Sequence record: NC_048071.1
DNA: 40,060 bases
Source of the DNA: Escherichia phage IMM-002
Direction: 5' to 3' (one strand)
Part shown: positions 1 to 7,466 of the stretch, in pieces
Numbering within the stretch: the stretch's first letter is position 1
Layout: each line of letters begins with the position of its first letter
Made by a program: the position numbers and the translations under genes
Notes under the pieces: model-generated
Told to the model about the DNA's origin: nothing
What the model saw: only the letters and a program-made list of their open reading frames with translations
The model's database searches: none

Positions 1-189
1 TCTCACAGTTCAAGAACCTCAAGTCTCCCCATAGGGTCACTCTCAGTCCGACTCAAGGCCCTACCCATAGACCTTCGGTCTAAACCTCAAGTCATTGACC
101 CGAAGTCGCCCCGAAGTCTGGACTGATAGTGCCTATATCTTGTGGTTGGGACGATTGGTCGGGACTATATGTAGTGCCTCTGAGTCTCT
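1..189. repeat. Left direct terminal repeat (DTR), identical to 39872..40060
   Basis: First 189 nt match the last 189 nt of the window base for base (aligned by eye); T7-like genomes carry 160-230 bp DTRs. Confidence 0.9.
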
Positions 190-210
190 ATCTGTATCGA
201 CCTAATGTCA

Positions 211-305
211 ATCACCTACAGTCAACCAGCCTACAGTCTCACTACCTACAGTCATCTACCATCGGTAAAGCCATCACCTACAGCCAATAGACCTACAGTC
301 ACCAG
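211..305. repeat. Array of about 5 short direct repeats (A)CCTACAG(T/C)C next to the left DTR
   Basis: Copies at about 215, 230, 244, 277 and 292; analogous in position to the short repeats flanking the T7 terminal repeat. Confidence 0.6.
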
Positions 306-519
306 ACACTATGTCGACCTTCAGTTTATCAGAGTCCTAAGGTCTTAGACTCATAGGTTATCACATCCGGTCCGTTTAGCAGTCAGAGACCATAGCTGAC
401 TAGGGTTATCGTTGTTGGTGTCTGCCAACCGGACTCTTATTATCCATAGTACAGACTTAAAGTCAATCATCTGTAGTCGTCCTTATATAGTCACTGTACT
501 ACTGTATAAATTACCAGTG

Positions 520-548
520 TTGACAGTGGGTCTAACTTTTGGTTTAAT
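520..548 (+). promoter_or_regulatory. Candidate host sigma70 early promoter (TTGACA-17 nt-TTTAAT)
   Basis: -35 TTGACA 520..525, 17-nt spacer, -10 TTTAAT 543..548; position matches the T7 A1-A3 region. Confidence 0.55.
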
Positions 549-656
549 AGCTTCCGTCAACACGACACGGCAAACACCGGATAGTAGAGACACCGGGTCA
601 CACGGTTAAGTAGACAGCCTGATAAGTCATACGAACAACAGGCAGTGACAAATAGC

Positions 657-686
657 TTGACAAGATGTAGCGACTTAACGTAGTAT
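657..686 (+). promoter_or_regulatory. Candidate host sigma70 early promoter (TTGACA-18 nt-TAGTAT)
   Basis: -35 TTGACA 657..662, -10 TAGTAT 681..686; resembles T7 A2/A3 (TTGACA...TAAGAT). Confidence 0.55.
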
Positions 687-886
687 GCACCACATCGACA
701 CGGCACCAACGGTCGATAAGCAGTACCAGAGGCACCGCCTCGCCGCTCTTTAACAATCTGGATAAACTCTTAATGTGCGCCGATAGTAAGCGATTAACTA
801 CAGGGCCTTGAGTCTACCGCGAGACGGGCTTGACTTGAGCGACTCAGGGTCCTGACTGATAGTCACTAACTTAAAGGATACACATC

Positions 887-1339
887 ATGATTTACACTAA
901 CGAACCAGCCAACGTCTTCTATGTGCTCGTGTCTGCCGCTCGTGCTAACCTGTCTGACACGGTGAACATGGGCCGTCAGTTAGGCCTTAAGGCGCTGCTG
1001 CAAGCCGGACCAGAATACTACGGCGTGCTCGAATGCACCGGGCTTACTGGGTGCTACCGCGAGGAAGGGCAGGAAGTCGCCACTGAAGAGAGGACCTACC
1101 GTGTGCGCTGCGAGTCAAAGGCTCAAGCTATCAACGTTGCACGACTGGCCTGCAATGACTTTGAGCAAGACTGCGTGATGGTCTACAAGTCTCAGACTCA
1201 CACGGCTGGACTGATGTTCTGCAAGGGCTGGGACGGCTACAAGACCACAAGTCTGAACGGGTCATTCCAGCAAGTCGATGAACCAAAGGGCGAATGCTTC
1301 ACGAAAGACGCTGAAGGTCGCTTCTGGGAGGTGGTGTAA
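887..1339 (+). CDS. 0.3: S-adenosylmethionine-degrading enzyme (T3 gp0.3 SAMase-like anti-restriction protein)
   Basis: 150 aa, first gene after the early promoters, AAAGGA RBS; N-terminus MIYTNEPANVFYVLVSA and motifs TGLTGCYRE, VRCESKAQAINVARLACN, VYKSQTHTAGL match my recollection of T3 SAMase; not acidic like T7 Ocr. Confidence 0.65.
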   Translation: MIYTNEPANVFYVLVSAARANLSDTVNMGRQLGLKALLQAGPEYYGVLECTGLTGCYREEGQEVATEERTYRVRCESKAQAINVARLACNDFEQDCVMVYKSQTHTAGLMFCKGWDGYKTTSLNGSFQQVDEPKGECFTKDAEGRFWEVV

Positions 1340-1659
1340 TGATTGCCTATAAAATCTTCCGAATCCGCAAGGATGGAACGCTGGGAGCACTATTCATCAA
1401 TCGTAAGGCGGTCATTGAGGTAGGAGAATGGTACGAGGCAGAGAGCCATCCGACCAAAGGGTTTGCCTATCGTCCGGGCTGGCACTGCACCTTTGAGCAG
1501 AACGCGCCACATCTTAAGCTGGACCTGAAGTCAGGTGAGCGTAGGGCTTGGTTTAAGGTAGAGGTTGAGAACATAACGACCTACGACAGGCCAGAATCTC
1601 AGGGTGGTGCATGGGTATTAGCACAGCGTCTGCGGGTATTAGCACAGGTCTCAGAGTGA
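1339..1659 (+). CDS. Hypothetical early protein, translationally coupled to 0.3 (TAATG overlap)
   Basis: 106-aa ORF, GGAGG RBS 7 nt upstream, no recognised motif. Confidence 0.55.
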   Translation: MIAYKIFRIRKDGTLGALFINRKAVIEVGEWYEAESHPTKGFAYRPGWHCTFEQNAPHLKLDLKSGERRAWFKVEVENITTYDRPESQGGAWVLAQRLRVLAQVSE

Positions 1660-1724
1660 TAAACTACAGGTCATCCACATGGGTGGCCTGACTGATTGTC
1701 ACTTAACCATAAGGAAACAACAAG

Positions 1725-2459
1725 ATGAACGCACACGATAAAGTAATCATGAATAACCTGATGTCTCAGCTTCACGCTATAATCTGTAAGGCCGGTTATA
1801 AGGTGGAGTCGTTGGGGTCGGGCATCGCTGCGCAGGACCGCTGGGGAGCCGTTGAGGTCCTAGCCCGTGAGCATGGCTACAAGCTGTTAGGTCTGGGGCA
1901 CTTCGCCGCTGCCTTTGAGCATGAGGACCTGCCGGGGTATGCCATCAAGGTAGGCTTTAAGAAGGACGACTCAGGCGCTGCGTATGCTGCCTTCTGCCGA
2001 GAGAATGAGGGCATGGCTGGACTACCAGTCATCCATCTGGTCAAGCGCTTCAGCAGGGCTTACATGGTCGCTATGGACAAGTACCGCTCGCTTGAGGACA
2101 TCGGTGGGAACTACTGCCGGGAGGGCAAGACCTACGAGCAGCGAGTCTTAAACGTGTCGTGGCGTGTAGTCAACGCGATAATAGACCAGTGTGAACAGCC
2201 ATCCGAAGCACTGAGCTGGTGGCTTGACCAAGACGCTCGCATAGAGTTTGCACACGTCGAGACTCAGTACATCAAAGACCTTGCGCAGACTGCTAAGAAG
2301 ATTAACAGCTTCTTCTACGGGCTGGCATCGTTCGACACTCATCGCGCTAACGTGATGGTTGACAATAACGGGCGCTTGATAATCACGGACCCGGTGTCTT
2401 GGACTGCAAGCGACCATCAAGATGAGCTGCAAGGCAGGCTGAACGCAATAGCTGAGTGA
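1725..2459 (+). CDS. 0.7: Ser/Thr protein kinase, T7 gp0.7-like, kinase domain only
   Basis: 244 aa; GHFAAAFEHEDLPGYAIKVGFKKDDSGAAYAAFCR and ITDPVS match the T7 gp0.7 kinase core; C-terminal shut-off domain (about 115 aa in T7) absent. Confidence 0.85.
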   Translation: MNAHDKVIMNNLMSQLHAIICKAGYKVESLGSGIAAQDRWGAVEVLAREHGYKLLGLGHFAAAFEHEDLPGYAIKVGFKKDDSGAAYAAFCRENEGMAGLPVIHLVKRFSRAYMVAMDKYRSLEDIGGNYCREGKTYEQRVLNVSWRVVNAIIDQCEQPSEALSWWLDQDARIEFAHVETQYIKDLAQTAKKINSFFYGLASFDTHRANVMVDNNGRLIITDPVSWTASDHQDELQGRLNAIAE

Positions 2460-2525
2460 TAGGCGAGAGACCGCTACATCTAGTGGTCTCAAAGATTATC
2501 TCTCACAACATATAGGCAGGTGTAC

Positions 2526-2720
2526 ATGGGCTGGATACTTCTGGTCATCGGCTACGGGTTAATACTCGCAGTCATCACGAAAGACATCATCAAGGCACGT
2601 AAAGTCTACCGCTTCCAGTATGTGTCTCTGGGTCGCTGGACTGTAAGACAACCAAACGGACGCTTTATGCGTAACCTCGCAAACGTCTGGGACATCGCAA
2701 CCTTAGGGAGCAAACTGTAA
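2526..2720 (+). CDS. Small membrane protein (one N-terminal TM helix), hypothetical
   Basis: ATG 2526 (track ORF opens at GTG 2520); hydrophobic GWILLVIGYGLILAVI then basic tail; TAATG coupling to next gene. Confidence 0.4.
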   Translation: MGWILLVIGYGLILAVITKDIIKARKVYRFQYVSLGRWTVRQPNGRFMRNLANVWDIATLGSKL

Positions 2721-3142
2721 TGTGTAAGACCTGCGCTAAGTGTGGCGAGACCAAGAGTCTTGACCAGTTCGGCAGCAATAAGCGCAACAAGGATGGTCTG
2801 GACTATCGCTGCAAGACTTGCAGAAAGCAGGACGCCCAAGACAGGAGGCAGAAGGCACGAGAGGCCGGGACCTACAAGACGTCAAAGGCTGAAGAGAACC
2901 GAAAGCTGCGCTACGGTCTGGACCTAGAGGAGTACGAGAGCCTCCTACAGCAGCAGGGTGGAGTCTGCGCAATCTGCAAGGGTCAGTGTCCTACCGGGTG
3001 GAGACTGGCGGTGGACCACTCACACGAGACCGGGAAGGTGCGCGGACTGCTCTGCCTACAATGTAATACAGCGCTGGGCCAGTTCAAAGACTCACCGGAA
3101 CTACTGGCAAACGCAATCAAATATCTTCAGGAGAATCAATAA
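2720..3142 (+). CDS. HNH / Endonuclease VII-family nuclease (putative free-standing homing-type endonuclease)
   Basis: 140 aa; N-terminal Cys4 zinc ribbon (CKTCAKCGETK...YRCKTCR) plus GGVCAICKG...LAVDHSHETGKVRGLLCLQCNTALGQF, the Endo VII/HNH signature. Confidence 0.7.
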   Translation: MCKTCAKCGETKSLDQFGSNKRNKDGLDYRCKTCRKQDAQDRRQKAREAGTYKTSKAEENRKLRYGLDLEEYESLLQQQGGVCAICKGQCPTGWRLAVDHSHETGKVRGLLCLQCNTALGQFKDSPELLANAIKYLQENQ

Positions 3143-3393
3143 TGTACACGCACAAGACCTCACGTCACACCGTTCGTCAACAGCAGGAGCGCGACCGGGT
3201 ACTGCAAGCAAGACTCCGGGCCGAGGGCAATAAGGCCGAGCTGATGTGCCTGGCCTACGGTGGACGACCACGCACTGGCGATGGTAAACTTCTGGTCTCA
3301 GGCTGGAGGGCGATAGACCAGCGGTCATACATCAAGCACACGACCAAAGGTGACTTCAGTCATCTCCACGCTAACCCACTGATATGCAAGTAG
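3142..3393 (+). CDS. Hypothetical basic protein, coupled to the HNH gene (TAATG)
   Basis: 83-aa ORF, AGGAG RBS, no recognised domain. Confidence 0.4.
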   Translation: MYTHKTSRHTVRQQQERDRVLQARLRAEGNKAELMCLAYGGRPRTGDGKLLVSGWRAIDQRSYIKHTTKGDFSHLHANPLICK

Positions 3394-3398
3394 TTTGG

Positions 3399-3421
3399 AC
3401 TAAACTATCACTAAAGGACTC
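3399..3421 (+). promoter_or_regulatory. Phage-type promoter variant (TAAACTATCACTAAAGGAC) upstream of the RNAP gene
   Basis: Matches the phage promoter core except A at -2; predicted +1 G at 3416. Confidence 0.5.
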
Positions 3422-3496
3422 AAGGTCGAAAGACTCTAAGTCAGGACTGAAGTGAAAGACTTTAGTGATAAGACAACAGTTATAAGGACTTTAAGT

Positions 3497-6178
3497 ATGA
3501 GCGTCATCTCAATTGACAAGCACGACTTCTCTGATGTGTCGAATGCAATCGAACCATTCAACGTGCTGGCTGACCACTACGGTCAGGACCTAGCAGTAAA
3601 ACAGCTTCAGCTTGAGCATGAGGCGTACACTGAAGGCGAGCGACGTTTCATCAAGAACCTTGAGCGCCAAGCTGAGCGCGGGGAGCTGGCAGACAATCAG
3701 GTCGCCAAGCCACTGATGCAAACTCTGGTCCCGACCATCGCCAAGGCTGTTCGTGAGTGGCACGAAGGCCCGGACGGTAAGTCCTCGACCTCTCGCCCAA
3801 GCGTAGCGTTTACCATGCTGAGCACTGACGAGAAGGCTGTCAAAGACCGCTCTCTGCGAATCTCTGCTGAGTCTGCTGCGGTCATCATACTGAAAGTCAT
3901 CCTCAGCAAGCTGGTCAAGCCTGAGGGAATCCCGATAACGCCGATGGCCTCCGCGATTGGTCGCACACTTGAAGATGAAATCCGCTTCGGTCGCATCCGT
4001 GAGCAGGAGCAGGAGCACTTCAAGAAGACCATAGCTGAGAATCTGAAGAAACGTGCAGGAGCAAGCTACAAGAAAGCCTACATGCAAGCGGTCGAAGCCT
4101 CCATGCTGGAGCAAGGGCAACTGGCTGACGCTTGGGGGACTTGGAGTCCGACCGAGGCGGTACACGTAGGCATCAAGATGCTGGAGCTGGTCATCCAGTC
4201 CTCGCAACTGGTCGAACTGAAGCGCTACGGTGCGGGTAACGCTGCGGCAGACGTCGAGATGGTCCACCTGTCAGACTTCTGGGTCAAGAAGATGTCGCAA
4301 CGTGGCTTCTCACTGGCTGGCATCGCTCCGGTCTACCAACCTTGCGTCGTTCCACCTAAGCCGTGGACCGGGGTCGTGGGTGGTGGGTACTGGGCTAAGG
4401 GCCGAAGACCTCTCCCGCTGATTCGCTTAGGGTCCAAGGCTGCGGTCCAGCGCTACGAAGACGTGTACATGCCTGAAGTCTACGAGGCAGTGAATATCAT
4501 CCAGCAGACACCTTGGAAGGTGAACAAGAAGGTGCTGGACGTGGTGAACATGGTCGAGAAGCTGAACAACACGCCTATCGCTGACATCCCTCAGATGGAA
4601 CCGATGAAGCCTGAGGACTATGCAGGTGAGACCGAGGAAGAACTCAAAGCGTGGAAGAAAGCCGCTGCTGGTATCTATCGACGCGAGAAGGCCCGACAGT
4701 CCCGCCGTTTGTCCCTGAGCTTCATCGTCGGACAGGCGAACAAGTTCTCTCAGTTCAAGGCCATCTGGTTCCCATACAACATGGACTGGCGCGGTCGAGT
4801 CTATGCGGTCCCGATGTTCAACCCTCAGGGTAACGACATGCAGAAGGGCCTGCTGACTCTGGCAGTAGGCAAGCCAATCGGTGCGGACGGCTTCAAGTGG
4901 CTGAAGGTCCACGGTGCAAACTGCGCTGGTGTCGATAAAGTCACCTTCGAGGAGCGCATCAAGTGGGTCGAAGACAACCACGACAACATCCTCGCGGCTG
5001 CTAAGAGTCCGATGGATAGCATTGACTGGTGGGGTCAGTTAGACTCTCCGTTCTGCTTCCTCGCGTTCTGCTTCGAGTATGCTGGAGTCATGCACCACGG
5101 GCTGAGCTACTCCTGCTCACTGCCTATCGCGTTCGATGGGTCCTGCTCTGGGATTCAGCACTTCAGCGCGATGCTTCGTGACCACGTTGGTGGACATGCG
5201 GTCAACCTGACGCCAAGCGGGAAGGTCCAAGACATCTACCGCATTGTGTCAGACCGGGTGGAAGAACAGCTTAAGGAGCTGCTGGTCAACGGAAGTGACA
5301 ACGAGGTGAAGACCTTCGAGGACAAGAAGACAGGCGAGATTACTGAACGTCTGGTCCTTGGAACTCGCGAGCTGGCCCGTCAGTGGCTGACCTACGGGAT
5401 GTCACGCTCGGTCACTAAACGCTCGGTCATGACTCTGGCCTATGGGTCGAAGGAATACGGGTTCGCGGACCAAGTGTTTGAGGACACCGTGATGCCAGCG
5501 ATTGACAGCGGCAAGGGCGCGATGTTCACGGACCCAAGCCAAGCGTCACGCTTCATGGCTAAGATGATTTGGGATGCGGTAAGCGTGACCGTAGTTGCTG
5601 CGGTAGACGCGATGAAGTGGCTGCAAGGCGCTGCTAAACTGCTGGCTGCTGAGGTCAAGGACAAGAAGACAAAAGAGGTCCTTAAGCCTTGCCTCCCGGT
5701 TCACTGGGTAACGCCTGATGGCTTCCCGGTCTGGCAGGAATACCGAAAGAAGGACACCACCCGTCTGAACCTCCTGTTCCTTGGGTCGTTCAACCTGCAA
5801 CCGACAGTCAACAAAGGGTCTAAGAAAGAGCTGGACAAGCACAAGCAGGAGTCTGGTATCAGCCCTAACTTTGTACACTCACAGGACGGCAGTCACCTGA
5901 GGAAGACTGTGGTCCACACCCACCGCAAGTATGGCGTGATGTCCTTCGCAGTGATTCACGATAGCTTCGGGACCATCCCGGCTGACGCTGAGTTCCTGTT
6001 CAAGGGTGTCCGTGAGACGATGGTTGAGACCTACCGCGACAACGATGTGCTGCAAGACTTCTACGAGCAGTTCGCAGACCAGCTTCATGAGAGCCAGCGC
6101 GACAAGTTGCCCGAGCTGCCGAAGCGCGGTAAACTGAACATCGAAGACATTCTGTTATCTGACTTTGCATTCGCCTAA
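3497..6178 (+). CDS. 1: Single-subunit DNA-directed RNA polymerase (T7 gene 1 type)
   Basis: 893 aa from ATG 3497 (AAGGA RBS; track ORF opens at 3452); collinear with T7 RNAP incl. PWTGxxGGGYWA, AIWFPYNMDWRGRVYA, FCFLAFCFEYAGV, SGIQHFSAMLRD, HDSFGT and C-terminal SDFAFA. Confidence 0.97.
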   Translation: MSVISIDKHDFSDVSNAIEPFNVLADHYGQDLAVKQLQLEHEAYTEGERRFIKNLERQAERGELADNQVAKPLMQTLVPTIAKAVREWHEGPDGKSSTSRPSVAFTMLSTDEKAVKDRSLRISAESAAVIILKVILSKLVKPEGIPITPMASAIGRTLEDEIRFGRIREQEQEHFKKTIAENLKKRAGASYKKAYMQAVEASMLEQGQLADAWGTWSPTEAVHVGIKMLELVIQSSQLVELKRYGAGNAAADVEMVHLSDFWVKKMSQRGFSLAGIAPVYQPCVVPPKPWTGVVGGGYWAKGRRPLPLIRLGSKAAVQRYEDVYMPEVYEAVNIIQQTPWKVNKKVLDVVNMVEKLNNTPIADIPQMEPMKPEDYAGETEEELKAWKKAAAGIYRREKARQSRRLSLSFIVGQANKFSQFKAIWFPYNMDWRGRVYAVPMFNPQGNDMQKGLLTLAVGKPIGADGFKWLKVHGANCAGVDKVTFEERIKWVEDNHDNILAAAKSPMDSIDWWGQLDSPFCFLAFCFEYAGVMHHGLSYSCSLPIAFDGSCSGIQHFSAMLRDHVGGHAVNLTPSGKVQDIYRIVSDRVEEQLKELLVNGSDNEVKTFEDKKTGEITERLVLGTRELARQWLTYGMSRSVTKRSVMTLAYGSKEYGFADQVFEDTVMPAIDSGKGAMFTDPSQASRFMAKMIWDAVSVTVVAAVDAMKWLQGAAKLLAAEVKDKKTKEVLKPCLPVHWVTPDGFPVWQEYRKKDTTRLNLLFLGSFNLQPTVNKGSKKELDKHKQESGISPNFVHSQDGSHLRKTVVHTHRKYGVMSFAVIHDSFGTIPADAEFLFKGVRETMVETYRDNDVLQDFYEQFADQLHESQRDKLPELPKRGKLNIEDILLSDFAFA

Positions 6179-6190
6179 GGAGGCATCTAC

Positions 6191-6391
6191 ATGAAATTCG
6201 CACACAAGCAAACTGGCGTTAAAGGCGGTACTCAAATCGTGACCGTGACCGAGCACAATGGCAAAGGTCTGGTGAAGACCACGGTCATCCCAACCGAGAT
6301 GTCAAAGCAGCTTAACGTCCCATTCAAGTGGCTGGTGAAGCTGGTTCAAGAGCGACACGAGTCAGAACTCCGCGAGGTGGTAACGAAATGA
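6191..6391 (+). CDS. Hypothetical protein
   Basis: 66-aa ORF with strong TAAGGAGG RBS directly after RNAP stop. Confidence 0.55.
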   Translation: MKFAHKQTGVKGGTQIVTVTEHNGKGLVKTTVIPTEMSKQLNVPFKWLVKLVQERHESELREVVTK

Positions 6392-6465
6392 CAGACCTTA
6401 AGTGGCTGGCCCTATGGCTGGCCTTCTTAGCAGTGTACATCTTAATCCAACGCAGAAGAGGCTAA
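6388..6465 (+). CDS. 25-codon hydrophobic microprotein (MTDLKWLALWLAFLAVYILIQRRRG)
   Basis: ATGA overlap with upstream stop, GAGGTGG 7 nt upstream, one TM-like helix plus RRR anchor; below ORF-track size cut-off. Confidence 0.35.
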   Translation: MTDLKWLALWLAFLAVYILIQRRRG

Positions 6466-6471
6466 ACACCA

Positions 6472-6929
6472 TGTTCAACCGTAAACTGAAGGCACGTATC
6501 GCAGCACTTGAAGCAACCATACAGCGTCAGGACCACAACCTTGAGCTGGCTAATCGAGAGCAAGCACGGCTGAGGGCCAAACTACAAAAAGCTGAGACCA
6601 AGCGTGAAGTCGAGCCTTTACGTGTGAAGCGCATGGTCGGCCTGAAGTTCAAGGCGCTGTTCAACGGTATCTACCAGCCGACTGAGTTCAAGACCGGGCC
6701 GGGACCATGTGGAAAGACAGTAACGCACTTCACCACGAGCCGAGACGAGCGGACGCTGACCATCCACCAGCACCATACGGACGAGTCCAGCAAGAGCTTT
6801 GAGTATCGGCTGAGCGACATCGACGGTCGCATCCAGTATGACTACGAGCTGGTGCAGGTTTACGGTGAGGAGGCAGAGCGGGAACGTATGGTCCAAGCCC
6901 TCCGCAACAGACCGCGCTTCATAGCCTAA
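6472..6929 (+). CDS. Hypothetical protein with N-terminal coiled-coil
   Basis: ATG 6472 preferred (GTG 6402 in track overlaps the microprotein); KLKARIAALEATIQRQDHNLELANREQARLRAKLQKAE heptad-like region. Confidence 0.5.
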
Positions 6930-6947
6930 ACTATCACTATAGGATTA
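6925..6947 (+). promoter_or_regulatory. Phage RNAP promoter (phi1.1-equivalent)
   Basis: CTAAACTATCACTATAGGATT, +1 about 6942. Confidence 0.8.
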
Positions 6948-6992
6948 GACTCAAGGTCATGACTCAAAGTCGCGGCCTTCATGATTAACCCT
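6946..6992 (+). promoter_or_regulatory. Conserved stem-loop, candidate RNase III processing site (R1.1-equivalent)
   Basis: TAGACTCAAGGTCATGA...TCATGATTAA; lower stem GGUCAUGA/UCAUGAUU with G-U pairs, upper hairpin GAC-UCAAA-GUC. Confidence 0.5.
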
Positions 6993-7035
6993 GTAGCAAA
7001 GCTACTACCTAACTCATCCAATCAGGAGCTACACC

Positions 7036-7215
7036 ATGTATCAGACCATTATCAACTTCGAGCGCATCCGTGAACGTCAGCAGACTGAAGGCTACATTCC
7101 GAAGGGCCGTAAGCTGAACAAGACAAAGCGTGGCGGTGGCGTGAAGGGTGCTTTCCGTAACGCTGAAGGTAAGGACTCTCTGGTCAACCAAGAGAAGTAT
7201 TTCGTAGGAGCGTAA
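7036..7215 (+). CDS. 1.1: gp1.1-like small basic protein
   Basis: 59 aa (below track cut-off), AGGAG RBS; GRKLNKTKRGGG matches T7 gp1.1 KGRKLNKTKRDRSHKR. Confidence 0.6.
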   Translation: MYQTIINFERIRERQQTEGYIPKGRKLNKTKRGGGVKGAFRNAEGKDSLVNQEKYFVGA

Positions 7216-7217
7216 CC

Positions 7218-7466
7218 ATGAGCAGACGTTGGTTATTCGATGCGTCCACGAGCCAGTGGTCCTCGTTAGGCCGGACACACCGCGAGATGGGTGAATCAGG
7301 ACTTGAGGTCCGAATGGATGAGCTGCCTTGCTCCCGGACAACTCTGGTCAGAATCACTGAAGCAGATGGGAAGCCTCTGGTATCCCGCGAGTTTACCGAA
7401 CATGAAATCTTTAGCTGTGAGCAATGGTGCTTGCAGGTGCTGAACGACTATAGGAGCTGGAAATAA
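7218..7466 (+). CDS. 1.2: gp1.2-like protein (T7 gp1.2 inhibits host dGTPase)
   Basis: 82 aa, position between 1.1 and ligase; C-terminal NDYRSWK resembles T7 gp1.2 YDQLKDWK. Confidence 0.55.
   Translation: MSRRWLFDASTSQWSSLGRTHREMGESGLEVRMDELPCSRTTLVRITEADGKPLVSREFTEHEIFSCEQWCLQVLNDYRSWK

Noticed and set aside
211-305. Possible CRISPR array, because of regularly spaced short repeats
   Set aside because: Repeats are only about 9 bp, imperfect, irregularly spaced and few; no cas genes; pattern fits T7-type terminal short repeats
412-609. 65-aa + strand ORF in the left-end region
   Set aside because: Lies within the non-coding promoter region (equivalent to the T7 A1-A3 area), overlaps a candidate sigma70 promoter, has no RBS
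830-858. TTGACT hexamer that could be the -35 of a third early promoter
   Set aside because: No acceptable -10 hexamer at 16-19 nt spacing; the nearest GATAGT is 22 nt away
2462-2490. Hairpin GAGACC...GGTCTC after the kinase gene as a terminator
   Set aside because: Not followed by a U-tract; may be a processing site or stabilising structure, left unannotated
3590-4267. 225-aa ORF on the minus strand inside the RNAP gene
   Set aside because: Antisense to a strongly supported gene in a genome whose genes all run on the + strand; no RBS or homology; same reasoning applies to the other long minus-strand ORFs (17251..17925, 21884..22654, 27378..28070, 28434..29021, 31628..32377)
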